From NCBI GenBank assembly GCA_019057865.1, contig JAHLWP010000023.1, positions 1 to 62,718 of the forward strand: 62,718 nucleotides of DNA. Reading direction: 5' to 3'. Origin of the DNA: Promethearchaeota archaeon. Its GTDB lineage: Archaea; Asgardarchaeota; Lokiarchaeia; Sigyniarchaeales; SOKP01. The notes below the pieces were generated by a model, which was given only the letters and a program-made list of their open reading frames with translations, made no database searches and was not told the DNA's origin. The position numbers were made by a program, and so were the translations under genes. The number at the start of each line of letters is the position of its first letter. Within the stretch, counting starts at the first letter, position 1. Of this stretch, positions 19,648 to 30,700 are shown one piece after another.

Positions 19648-20223
19648 TCATTTAGGGATTTTTGCGATATCTTTAAGAACCTTACCATCTTGAATTATCC
19701 CATAATCACAAAATGAATTGCTTAAAGCCCTATTGAACACAATATCCAATTTCTCCAGCATTTTTGCAAAGTATAAATTGATTACTCCCCCATGGGCTAC
19801 AATTAATATTTTCTTATTAGAGTACCTTGAATCTATTTCTTCAATTTTCTTAGAGAATCTCTTTAAAGCACTATTTACCGTTTCCCATTTATTATATGAT
19901 TGTTCCCTATTTGCCATACAAAGTTCCATTGTTTTTAGATATTCTTCTTTTTCAAGAAATCTTCCTTGATCTCTCATTATTTCATTTAGTTTTTCATCTC
20001 TTATTATCTCCAGCTGAAGTTTCTCTGCCAAAGGAAATGCTGTCTGATATGCTTTTTCTTCATTTGAAGTTATTATTATGTCAATATCATTGAATAAATC
20101 TAATTTAGATATGTTAGTTGCCTCTTTTTTTCCTCTTTCTGTTAGAAACCATTTTGAGATCTTTAAATTTTCATCAATTTTGGTTTCAGCATGTCTTAAA
20201 AAAATGATAATATTATTAGGCAT
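19648..20223 (-). CDS. Histidine phosphatase (phosphoglycerate mutase family)
   Basis: RHAET, KAYQTA, LNEI and VAHGG. Confidence 0.88.
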   Translation of the reverse strand: MPNNIIIFLRHAETKIDENLKISKWFLTERGKKEATNISKLDLFNDIDIIITSNEEKAYQTAFPLAEKLQLEIIRDEKLNEIMRDQGRFLEKEEYLKTMELCMANREQSYNKWETVNSALKRFSKKIEEIDSRYSNKKILIVAHGGVINLYFAKMLEKLDIVFNRALSNSFCDYGIIQDGKVLKDIAKIPK

Positions 20224-20281
20224 CTTATTTTGCTTTTTATTAGGATTATACTACATTTAAATGGAATAGCTTGTTTAATAT

Positions 20282-21655
20282 TTATTTCGATTTCAAAATT
20301 ATTCTTAAAAAGTGAAATCCTCTAGCAAATAAAATTTTCATTAAAGGCAAATCCATTATGTATCTAATGATTCTTAATAACAGATATTTTTTTTTTGGAT
20401 GAAATGTACTTAAATCCTTGTCATAAGAAATTTTTTTAATATAGAAGTTTTTATTAAAAAAGGATAATAAAAGAGAATAAGTCATAATGGCTATTATGTC
20501 CCAAGCTCTTTTTATGTGATCTCTCGGATAATTTAATTTTTCTCCCATCCCCATCCTTAGAATTTCAATGACATGATAAATATCTAATTTACTCCTAGTT
20601 AATTCTCTTGTGGCCCATAATAAATAAATACATCCACCACAATACGACATTAAAGCTTGTGCTCCTGTTTCTTCTGCTTCTTTGAACTTTTTCATTCCTT
20701 CCGAAATAATATCAAATATTATAGAAACATTTTTTACCCAAGATGCTCCAGAACCAAATCCACAACATAATGAATCTTTCCTATTATGCTTCATTTCAAT
20801 GATCTGGCAGCCACATTTCTTTAATATTTCTCTAGGTATCTCCCAATAAGCACCCGGCAAAGCTTTTGAATAACAATTATCATGAATAGTTACCGTCAAA
20901 TTTAACTGATTTTTCAAAATCAATTCTCCAGAATTTATATTATCTAAAAGCCATTGATTGAAATTAATAAAGTTTTGAGTATGATTCACTCCCATTTCCT
21001 TAGGATGGACTTCTTTAAATATATATTCAACAGCATCTAAAGTAGCGAAAATATCTTTTACACCCCAGGAATCAAAATCATTCTTGGTTCTTACAGCAAT
21101 GTTTTGAACGGCATCTAAGTAACCACCTTGGTATAAATATGCACCACCTTCCCATTGGTCAATTCTATCAATGGGATTAAAGTAGTCCAATAATTTGCTT
21201 CCTCCAATTATAAATGGAAATAAATGAGTATAATTGCCAATCAATAATGGTTTATCATTTGGTTTTGGTATATAATGCATCCATTTGTAAATCCAGATTC
21301 TTTCTTGATTTGATAGAAACACATTCAGAAGTTGCCAAATGTTAGATTGCATAGTAGGACATACAAATCGATATAAAGGAGGAGCTCCTCTCTTTTTATA
21401 TAAATCATTCCATCTTTCAAGTATTAACTGGTATGGATTCGCGTGTTGAGGACAATATAAATTACATGAAAAACAAGTAGTACATTTATTTAAAACAAAT
21501 TTAGATTCTTTACCTTCAATTAATCTTTTTATTTCTTCTTTGGCTTCTTCTATGGGTAATTGCAATACAGGGCATTTATGAAGGCATTCTCCACATAGAT
21601 TGCATAAATCTTTCTTGAATCCTGATTTCCTTTTTGTTTCTACCATATCTACCAT
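20282..21655 (-). CDS. Fe-S oxidoreductase, HdrD/GlpC-like (2x[4Fe-4S] plus CCG domains)
   Basis: CNLCGECLHKCP, CTTCFSCNLYCP, HDNCY, LCCGFG and YCGGC. The first CCG domain is degenerate (WEGG in place of CCG). Confidence 0.85.
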   Translation of the reverse strand: MVDMVETKRKSGFKKDLCNLCGECLHKCPVLQLPIEEAKEEIKRLIEGKESKFVLNKCTTCFSCNLYCPQHANPYQLILERWNDLYKKRGAPPLYRFVCPTMQSNIWQLLNVFLSNQERIWIYKWMHYIPKPNDKPLLIGNYTHLFPFIIGGSKLLDYFNPIDRIDQWEGGAYLYQGGYLDAVQNIAVRTKNDFDSWGVKDIFATLDAVEYIFKEVHPKEMGVNHTQNFINFNQWLLDNINSGELILKNQLNLTVTIHDNCYSKALPGAYWEIPREILKKCGCQIIEMKHNRKDSLCCGFGSGASWVKNVSIIFDIISEGMKKFKEAEETGAQALMSYCGGCIYLLWATRELTRSKLDIYHVIEILRMGMGEKLNYPRDHIKRAWDIIAIMTYSLLLSFFNKNFYIKKISYDKDLSTFHPKKKYLLLRIIRYIMDLPLMKILFARGFHFLRIILKSK

Positions 21656-22920
21656 GCATCACCATATTTAGGAGGTAATTCCTTGATTTCTTCTAATTTG
21701 AATGTCTTATTAGAAAGGATCTTAGGAACTTGTTTTTTGATAATTCCCCAGAAGATATGCTTTCCTCTTTTCTTTTTAGCTTTATTAGTTAGAGATGGTT
21801 TTTCTTCTAATGCCATTTGTATTAATTCTATGATATGGTACACCTTAATTTTTCTAAAATATAATTTCTTGTTTGTGTAAAAAACTGCTAAACAACCAGC
21901 ACAATACACACAAATAATGTCAGCTTTTGTCTTTTTAAAATCTTTAAAATTTCTAATCGTTGATGTTCTCATTTTAAATGGTTGATATGCAGACTCAATA
22001 GAAAAACCAGCTCCAATCCCACAACATCGCATATTTTCTCTGCAAGCTTCACTCTCAAAAACCTTAATCCCTATTCTTTCTAAGATTTTTCTAGGAAGAT
22101 CTATATATTCATCTCCAAACATCTTCGAGTAGCATGAATCTTGAATAGTAGCAGTTAAATTCAATTTCTTTTTTACTTGAATTTCTCCATTTTCAAATTT
22201 TTCCCATAAATATTGTAGATATGACTTAATGGATTCAAATTTATAAGTTAAACCATAATGAGGAAGTATGTTTTTAAAAACATTTGTTCCAGCTGTACAT
22301 AATACTAATAGATTTTTAGGTTTCAAAATATTAAACCATTTATCTAATCTCTTTGTAATCTGAAATAAATCATCTTTATATCCTGTCCGGAATAAAGTTT
22401 CTCCACAACAATATTCAAGTCTGCCTCTTATATCTAAATCTTTAAAAAAACTAGTTTGTGTAAGTTCAGCATAGGTAATTATATTACATCCAGGGTATGT
22501 CAGTGTATCACCTTTTAATGGTTTTAGATCAGCCCAACTTTTTACTAACTCTTTTGTTTTTTTCGGTAAATGTTCCATAACATAGGATCGAAAATTTGGA
22601 TAATGAGGATATAATGTCATAAAATATTCTCCTCTTTTTCTTAATCCTTCTTTTTTATATAGTTCATTCCATCGTTGCAGTATCAATTCAGCAGGATGGG
22701 CATTTTCAGGGCAATAAAAATTGCATGAAAAACAACTTTGACAATCGTTTAACACTCTTTTAGTAGGTTCTCCCGCGATCAATCGCTTCATTTCATCAAT
22801 AGACTCTTCAATAGAGAGCCCCATTATTGGACATTTATTAAAACATTCACCGCAAAAAGTGCAAACATCTTTATTAAATGGAGAGAAGAATTCTATGTCG
22901 ATAGGTTCTATTTTAGTCAT
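21649..22920 (-). CDS. Fe-S oxidoreductase, HdrD/GlpC-like (paralogue)
   Basis: CTFCGECFNKCP, CQSCFSCNFYCP, YPGC, YCCGE, QDSCY, RCCG and YCAGC. ATG 22920 avoids overlap with the upstream gene. Confidence 0.85.
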   Translation of the reverse strand: MTKIEPIDIEFFSPFNKDVCTFCGECFNKCPIMGLSIEESIDEMKRLIAGEPTKRVLNDCQSCFSCNFYCPENAHPAELILQRWNELYKKEGLRKRGEYFMTLYPHYPNFRSYVMEHLPKKTKELVKSWADLKPLKGDTLTYPGCNIITYAELTQTSFFKDLDIRGRLEYCCGETLFRTGYKDDLFQITKRLDKWFNILKPKNLLVLCTAGTNVFKNILPHYGLTYKFESIKSYLQYLWEKFENGEIQVKKKLNLTATIQDSCYSKMFGDEYIDLPRKILERIGIKVFESEACRENMRCCGIGAGFSIESAYQPFKMRTSTIRNFKDFKKTKADIICVYCAGCLAVFYTNKKLYFRKIKVYHIIELIQMALEEKPSLTNKAKKKRGKHIFWGIIKKQVPKILSNKTFKLEEIKELPPKYGDAW

Positions 22921-22925
22921 AATTA

Positions 22926-23735
22926 TTAGATAACTCCAGCCATTTGAATTGTAATTAAACACATAAAATATAACATCAAAAAATTTCCAATTAAGATTCC
23001 CACATCTTTTACTCCTTTAGAGGATTTGGTAGGTTTCCTGAAAGTGAACATAGTACCAATTGGCATGAAAATAAATGGAAAGAAATAGTACTGCTCCAAA
23101 ATAATAAATGCCCAAATGGCTAAAATTAATGTAATTGTTGAAATTGTCCAGATTATAATCTGACATTGCCGCAAACTAAAATATCTCGTTAAAGCATCAG
23201 AATCTATTATTTCATGAACGAGTTGACCGGTAATCGCAAATCCTAGAATCGTAAAAATTAAGATCCATTCAGATACTGACATTAGCGATAATTCAGCATC
23301 AATTTTTATCATAAAATATGGAAAAAGGACATGAGAAGCGCCCAATAATATGTGATTTAAAAGAGGAACAGGTTTAAGCCATTTAACATATAAAAGAACC
23401 ATAATGATTATTATACCTAAAAATAGCCCATTAATTGGATATGTTAAACAAGTGCGCAATAATAATGAAATACCAAAAATGAAACAAACAAGCCCAATTG
23501 TAAATATTTCACGTGGATGATATCCTTCCACCCGTTTAAGAGTTTCTTTTTCATTGGGATCCTTCATATCAACAACATCATTCCAGGTATTTCCGGTAAT
23601 TGCTAAAAAGAAAAATCCTATTAAAATATCAAAATGATTAAAAGGGTTTAGATTGTTCAGAAAAATAGCGACCAATAATGGTATCATTACTGAAAAGACA
23701 TAATCTATTCTTAAAAGATCAATCCTTTTAGACAT
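22926..23735 (-). CDS. UbiA-family prenyltransferase
   Basis: Multi-TM protein with NTWNDVVDMKD (NDxxD), Y..WLKP and HEIIDSD as the second acidic motif. Confidence 0.8.
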   Translation of the reverse strand: MSKRIDLLRIDYVFSVMIPLLVAIFLNNLNPFNHFDILIGFFFLAITGNTWNDVVDMKDPNEKETLKRVEGYHPREIFTIGLVCFIFGISLLLRTCLTYPINGLFLGIIIIMVLLYVKWLKPVPLLNHILLGASHVLFPYFMIKIDAELSLMSVSEWILIFTILGFAITGQLVHEIIDSDALTRYFSLRQCQIIIWTISTITLILAIWAFIILEQYYFFPFIFMPIGTMFTFRKPTKSSKGVKDVGILIGNFLMLYFMCLITIQMAGVI

Positions 23736-23813
23736 ATTTGAATAATCTCGATAAATTAAATAATTATATTAGATTAAAAATGAAATTTCTATTATATTTT
23801 TTTTAGTTTGAAA

Positions 23814-26800
23814 TTATTGTCTCGTACTTTGAATAAATTGTTTTTCCTTTTTTTGCAGTTTTTCCCATCTCTTACGCTCCGATCGCAATTTGAATAAATC
23901 AATGTCTTTAAATATCAAACCTTCTTCTTTTATTGGAAGATTTCTTTCCGTTCGATCTTTTTCAGGAGTATAAATTAGCGAATCACCAAATTCAGCGATA
24001 TTGGCAAAAAAGCAGTATGCGTATATAGATCTTCGCGCGTCAAAATGAGTAGCTTTAAAGTCTGCTGTAACCGGTGTAAAAGCGGGATTTAAAATTATAT
24101 CCACCGCAGGTTCGAAATTTTTTAATTCAACTCTTAGATCCATATCAAGGAAATCTCGGCAAATAATAATTGCGATTCGTCCAAATTCGGTGTTACAGAC
24201 AATTACATTTCGGGGAAGATCTCCTACTCCTATGCCTTCCTTAATTTCTGTTCCTTCAAATCGTATTATAGATGGAATATGTTTCTCTTGTTCCCAAAGG
24301 ATACCATCTGGTCCAAAAACTCTTGCAATATTTCTTTTTGTTTCTTGGTCATGAAATGAACCTGGGATTATGTACATCTCATATAATTTGGCAAGATCAG
24401 AAATATCTTCTAATAATTCACCGTAATTAAGGTCAATTATCATTTCTGGGAAAAGTAAAACATTGACTCCCTCTTTATGTGCCTTTTCAATCATGTTTTT
24501 AACTATTGTTCTTATAATTTCAACTTTATCTTCTCGAAGGCTTAATAGACCTGAAGTTTTCATCTCGTAAAACTCGCTTAAAATATCTCCAGTTTCAGAT
24601 ATACCAATTTGAGCTATACCAACTCTAAATTCTCTTTTTTGGGTTCTGGGGTATTCTTTAAATAAATCTCTATAAATAATTTGATATTTCTTTTTAGTAA
24701 TTTTTTCTCCTATAAATCTCCTCTCTTCTTCAGTGAACTGATACACTTCACCCAACCGAGGTGATTGACTAGTCTCAAGCGAGCAAGCAGGAGCTATTAT
24801 GCCCGTTGTACTACTAGATATTGAAGGTTTTTTAATGGTATTTAGAGCTGAAACTAATATCTTTTCTTCTTGTTCTAATCTTTCCAAGCGGGTCAGTATC
24901 TCCCTTTCTTTATCTTTATAACCAGCTTTACTAAAAAGTTCTGCAGCAGATTTTAGGTAATTAGCCCCAATATCTAAAAGATTTTTTTTATTGCTAATTT
25001 CTAACTCTTCATCCGCTCTTATTAAGTGCCATACTGCATCGAAATAAGTTGAAGTAGCTAACGCCCAATCTCCACCATTCTTAAAACCTCCTTTCTCATA
25101 AGAGGAAGCTGCTGTTCTTAACATTGATTTGATTTTAGGGTATAATTGAGCTTTTACTTCAGAATTATAAGTCTCATCAAATTCACATCCAAGTTCTAAA
25201 GCATGGCAAAAAGAAGAATTTCCTGATGCCAGTAATTTCAACTTGCTATCGGTGAAAAGATTACTAGCTTTTATGAATAAATTAGCCGATTCTGAGAATC
25301 TATCATGATCCTCATATTTTTCAGCAAGTTCCATGCTTTCCCAAGCTTTACATAGATAATATACCGCCTCTAATTCCACTCGTTCTTTTTCAGTTTTAAA
25401 AAGGTTGCAAACATATCTAAACTGTGAAGCTGCTGAAGCAAATAATTCTGCGGCTGTTATATGTTCACCTTGTTTTCCTACGATTCTTGCCTTTTCAATA
25501 TCTATTCTCGCAGAACAATAAGATGTCCTTAATTTGGCTACTTTTATAAGTTTCTCAATTCGTACAATTTCCATTTTTTCTTTAGATTGATTTAGGCGTT
25601 TTTCTAGGATTGTTATTGCATTTTCAAACATTTCTATAGTTACATTATATTTTTCTATAGCCTTTCTGTGTTTTTCTTGTTTGCTAAGTTGTTCTGCTAT
25701 TTCCTGAGACGCCCACGCAGAGTAATAATTCGCTTCATAACTATAACTTGATAGATTTTTTAGAATTTCACATGCATTATTATAGCTCTCCCTAGCTTCT
25801 TGATGACTTTCACTTTTATGATTAACTTTGGCAATTTCAATTAAGTTCCATGCTTTAACATAATTTAGTTTTTCATTAATTCTCTTTATTAATGGTTTAT
25901 ACTCAACTTTTTTTAATGATTCAGTATAAGCATTTTGTGCCATCCCATAATTGTTTGCAGAAACGGTATGGTTACCTAAGCGATCCTCTATACGTGCTAA
26001 GTATTCAAATGTAGCGGCTGTGTATGATTGATACCCTCTGGTTTCACTTTCTTTAGCTACTTGGAGGAATAAATCTTTTGCCTTTTCAAGTATATCATTT
26101 TTTTTAGCTAAAATACCAAATTCTTCATAAAGAAGTCCTAAACGCATTTGAGCTGTAATGATACCCGTTCGAGATTCGATTGAATGCTCCACATACTTCT
26201 CAGAAGCATCTATAGCCGCTGATAACATTTCAATTTTAGTTTCTTCATCCTGAGTAATATCTGCGAGAGTTTTATAAGCTCTATAGAGAGAATTATAGCC
26301 ATAAGCTCGAACCCATCCTCCTTCATATTTCTCTGCAATTTTTTCAATGTGTTTGGCATATTCAAGCATTTTTTGTGCCTTCTCCTCCTGTTCATCTTTT
26401 GAACTAGCGAGAATGGATAATTGTGAATACGACCATGTTAATGCTAAATATGAATCTGAAAAAAAAGGTGAAAACAATATTCCGTCCAAATTCTTTTTTG
26501 CATGTTCAATAGCTTTTTTGGCATATGATTTCCTCTGATCTGAGGTGAAATAGCTCCTTTGAGCCATATTAGCATAATAAACTGCCAATATTAGATTATT
26601 CTGGAATCTCCATAAATTATAAGTATCTTTTAATATTTTTCCAATCTCTATAAACCTTTCAAGGACAATAGAAATAGCCCTCTGAAAATACTTAACTCTA
26701 CCTCCAAGCATAGCCCACCTAAGCAGCCAATATATAGACTCACTTATTAAGGATATATCGTTTATTTTTCTGGCAAGGTCTAAAGATTTTTCTAGTAATC

Positions 26801-27644
26801 TTAATGCATTATCAAGGTATTTTCTTTGTTTATTTTCTTCCTCAATGAAATTAATCGCAAAATAACCATATAAATTGCCAGAAATCATATTCATCATAGA
26901 AATAGCAATTTGATCATCATGTTTCTCAATAAATTTTAAACTTTCATCACATCTCAATAGAAAGTTTTTGAAATATTCTTTCCAATATTCAATCTGTCTA
27001 AATGGTTTTATATAGTTTTGAGCTAAAGTTAAATAGTACTCAGCATAGCATGATTCCGCTAGAGAATGAACATTTTTAACTTTTTTTGAAAGATTTTGAG
27101 CTTTATGGACAATATCTATAGTTTTTTTATAAAAATCTTCGAACTCTTTAGGGTCACTAATAAAAAATCCTTTTGCTATAGAAACATATCCAACACGACT
27201 TAAAATCCTAGAAAGATGCTCTTGGTCGTCCTCCTTAGAATATTCTTCGCTTACTTCAAGGAAAAGTTCGTAGGCTTTAGTGACTTTCTCTATTGCTTCT
27301 TCAATAGAACTTGCAATATGCCCACTGAAATATGTCGCTTCCGCTTTGCATTCCAATTTAATAGGATTATTCCTAATTTGTTCAAAGAAAATCATAGCAT
27401 CTGTATATGCCTTCACTGTTCGTTTGTTATATTCTACAAAATCTACAGCTGTTTTTACGGTAAAAGCTGCTCGAGAATATGAATATCCAAGCTTTCTATA
27501 AGTTTCAGCAGTTTCTTCTAGTAAATGTTTTTTGAAAAACCATCTAACAACTCGTTCGTATAATTTGGCTGCTTCTTTCCAGTTATAAAGTTTTTCTTCA
27601 TGTGTTGCTTTTTCTATTAAATTCTCTACTTCTTCCTCCATCAT
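23814..27644 (-). CDS. Giant TPR/alpha-SNAP-like solenoid protein with C-terminal nitrilase (C-N hydrolase) domain, copy A
   Basis: ~950 aa of amphipathic helical repeats, then RVGIAQ, LLFPEM (Glu), IIPGS, QEKHIP (Lys), GRIAIIICRDF (Cys), NPAF and FANI. Confidence 0.85.
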   Translation of the reverse strand: MMEEEVENLIEKATHEEKLYNWKEAAKLYERVVRWFFKKHLLEETAETYRKLGYSYSRAAFTVKTAVDFVEYNKRTVKAYTDAMIFFEQIRNNPIKLECKAEATYFSGHIASSIEEAIEKVTKAYELFLEVSEEYSKEDDQEHLSRILSRVGYVSIAKGFFISDPKEFEDFYKKTIDIVHKAQNLSKKVKNVHSLAESCYAEYYLTLAQNYIKPFRQIEYWKEYFKNFLLRCDESLKFIEKHDDQIAISMMNMISGNLYGYFAINFIEEENKQRKYLDNALRLLEKSLDLARKINDISLISESIYWLLRWAMLGGRVKYFQRAISIVLERFIEIGKILKDTYNLWRFQNNLILAVYYANMAQRSYFTSDQRKSYAKKAIEHAKKNLDGILFSPFFSDSYLALTWSYSQLSILASSKDEQEEKAQKMLEYAKHIEKIAEKYEGGWVRAYGYNSLYRAYKTLADITQDEETKIEMLSAAIDASEKYVEHSIESRTGIITAQMRLGLLYEEFGILAKKNDILEKAKDLFLQVAKESETRGYQSYTAATFEYLARIEDRLGNHTVSANNYGMAQNAYTESLKKVEYKPLIKRINEKLNYVKAWNLIEIAKVNHKSESHQEARESYNNACEILKNLSSYSYEANYYSAWASQEIAEQLSKQEKHRKAIEKYNVTIEMFENAITILEKRLNQSKEKMEIVRIEKLIKVAKLRTSYCSARIDIEKARIVGKQGEHITAAELFASAASQFRYVCNLFKTEKERVELEAVYYLCKAWESMELAEKYEDHDRFSESANLFIKASNLFTDSKLKLLASGNSSFCHALELGCEFDETYNSEVKAQLYPKIKSMLRTAASSYEKGGFKNGGDWALATSTYFDAVWHLIRADEELEISNKKNLLDIGANYLKSAAELFSKAGYKDKEREILTRLERLEQEEKILVSALNTIKKPSISSSTTGIIAPACSLETSQSPRLGEVYQFTEEERRFIGEKITKKKYQIIYRDLFKEYPRTQKREFRVGIAQIGISETGDILSEFYEMKTSGLLSLREDKVEIIRTIVKNMIEKAHKEGVNVLLFPEMIIDLNYGELLEDISDLAKLYEMYIIPGSFHDQETKRNIARVFGPDGILWEQEKHIPSIIRFEGTEIKEGIGVGDLPRNVIVCNTEFGRIAIIICRDFLDMDLRVELKNFEPAVDIILNPAFTPVTADFKATHFDARRSIYAYCFFANIAEFGDSLIYTPEKDRTERNLPIKEEGLIFKDIDLFKLRSERKRWEKLQKKEKQFIQSTRQ

Positions 27645-27782
27645 TATCGTACTCTTAAACTATTATATATATTTTCCATTTAATAACCTTGGATTCATTA
27701 AGTATATCTAAAGAATGATTAATATTCAAGTTAAATCAATTTATATTTTTTTACTTTTTTGAAGTTATGAAATTAGAATATT

Positions 27783-30700
27783 TTATCTTGTGCTTTGGAT
27801 AAATTGTTTTTCCTTCTTTTGCACTTTTTCCCATTTCTTACGCTCTGAACGCAATTTGAATATATCAACATCTTTATAAATCAAACCCTCTTCTTTAGCA
27901 GGAATCATTCGTTCAGTACGATCTTTTTCAGGAGTGTATATAAGAGATTCTCCAAATTCTGCGACATTAGCGAAGAAACAGTAAGCATAAATAGATCTAC
28001 GGGCATCAAAATGGGCCGCTTTAAAATCAGCTGTGACTGGAGTAAATGCAGGATTAATTAGAATATCAACAGGAGGTTCAAAATTTTTTAATTCCACTCT
28101 CAAATCCATATCAAGGAAATCCCGGCAAATAACTATAGCAATTCTTCCAAACTCAGTATTACATATGGTTGTATTTCTTGGATAGGAACTTGTTTCAATT
28201 GCTTCTTTAACTTTTTTTCCCTCAATATGTATTGTTGCGGGGATATGTTTTTCCTGTTCCCAAAGAATACCTTCCGGACTAATTACTGTACTAATATTTT
28301 TCTTAGATTTTTCATCGTGATAAGACCCCGGAATAATATACATATCATAAATTTTAGCATAGTTCATTAACTCCTCAATGACTTCATTATAATTCAAATC
28401 AATCATCATTTCTGGAAAGATAAGAATGTCAACTCCACTAGAATTAGCCTTCTCAATGATTTCTTTATAGGTTGATCTAAGTGAATTTAATACATTTTCT
28501 TTAATTCCTAATAATCCAAGCTTTTTAATATCAAAAAACTCTTTTAAAATGTCTCCAGATTTAGATAGCCCAATTTGACCAATTCCAATTTTACATGTAT
28601 TTCGTTGGATTTTAGAGTATTGTTTTAGTAAATCATTATATATTAAATTATATTTTCTCGCTTTCTCCATACTATCCGATAATTCACTAGCTTCTACTGT
28701 TAATTGATTGATTTCACTTAATCTTGGTGATAAACTGGATTCTATTGGGCATGCGGGAGCAACAATCCCTGCTGTACTTCTTGAAATCACAGGGTTACTA
28801 ATTGTATTTAAAGCAGAATATAAAATCATTTCTTCTCTTTCTATCCGATGTAATTTTTCATAAATTTCTTCATGTCTTTCTTTATATCCCGATTTTTCAA
28901 ATATATCCGCAGCAGACTTTAGATATTTAGTACCAACTTCTAACTGCTTTTTTCTATTATCAAGTTCTAATTCTTGATCTGCTTTGATTAAATGCCAAAG
29001 TGCATCGAAATAAGATGAAGTTGCTAGAGCCCAATCTGCACCACCATTAAATCCTCCTCTTTCATACGAACTAGATGCTTTTCTTAACATCATTCTTACT
29101 TTTTTATAATAATCTGCTTTTTTCTCAATATCTGTAGAATCATCAAATTTGCAGCCGTTTTCTAACGCTAAACAAACAGAAGAATTACCAGAAGCTAATA
29201 ATTTTAATTTTCTATCAGTGAATAAATCACTTGCTTTTAAAAATAGTTTTGAAGCTTCTAAGAACCTCTCTGGTTCTTGATAATTCTCAGCAAGCTCCAT
29301 CCCTTCCCAAGCTCTACATAAATGATAAATTGCTTCTAATTCCTTTCTCTCTCGTTCAATCTTAAATAAAGTACAAATATCTCTAAATTGAGAGGCCGCT
29401 AAAGCGAAATTCTCAGCAGCAGATAGATGCTCCCCTTTCTTTTGAAGAATTCTGGCTTTCTCAAGGTTAATACGGGCTAAACAGTAATTAATCCTAACAT
29501 TAGCCACTTTTTCTAGTTTTGATATTCTTTCTATCTCAATTTTATTAGAAGACTGAGTTAAAGCTTCTTTTAATACATCTATTGATTTTTCAAAACTTTC
29601 TTTTGTATCTTGATATTTATTAATTGCGTCTTGATGTTCTTCTTTCTTGCTTGCATCTTCTGAAACTTCTAATAATGCCCAAGATGAATAATATGAAGCC
29701 TCATATTGATATTTAGATAGATTTTTCAGGATCTCACAAGCCATATCATATTGTTCTTTTGCTTTCAAATGATCCTCTTTTTTATGGTTAACTTTAGCCT
29801 CTTCAATTAATTTCCAAGCATTATCATATTCAATCTTTTCTTTAACTCTATCTTTTAATGGTTTAAATTGAATTTTTTTTAATGATTTTATATGAGCTTT
29901 ACTTGCCATTTCATATTGTTGAGCAGAAGCTAAATGATTACCCAATCGATCTTCTATTCTTGCTAAATATTCATAAGCAGCAGCAGTATGGTAATAATAA
30001 CCCTTCTCTCCAGTGTCTTTTACTAAATTAAGAAATGATTCTCTTGCCTGAGACAATGGTTCTTTTTGCTTAGTAAGTATAGCAAAATCCTCGTATAACA
30101 ATCCGAGATGCATCCGATCGGCAATGAAATCCCTATACGATTCAATTGAAAATTCAATATGATTTTTGGTTGCATCTATTGCAATTAATAAATTCTTAAT
30201 TTTTTCTTGCTTATTTACTAAAATATCAGATAAAGTCTTATGAGCTCGATATAATGAAATATAACCAGCAGCTCTACTCATTCCTGCTTTATACTTGTTT
30301 CCAGCTTTTTCAGCTGCATGTGCACATTCAAACATATTTTTAATAAGTTTCTCGCGATTCTCTCTTTTGGGAGTTAAAAGTACTAATTGCGAATAGAGAT
30401 TAGTCAAAATCTGATATGATATTGGCAAAAATGGTCCAAAGGTGAGTTTTTTTAGTCCATCTTCTAATTCTTTAATTCCTTTCTTTGCATAAATTCTTCT
30501 TAAATCCGGTTTTAAAAAACTTCTTTGAGTAAAATTTTGATAAGATATTGCTGACAAAAAATTAGTCAAGAAACTCCAAAACGAATATAAATTTTGATAA
30601 ATTTTTCCTTTTTCTTGAATTTCATTAATATCTGCTAATATCCTTTTTTGAAGATCTTGGAATCTTCCTAAAATAGCAAGATGGTAATCCAACCAAAATA

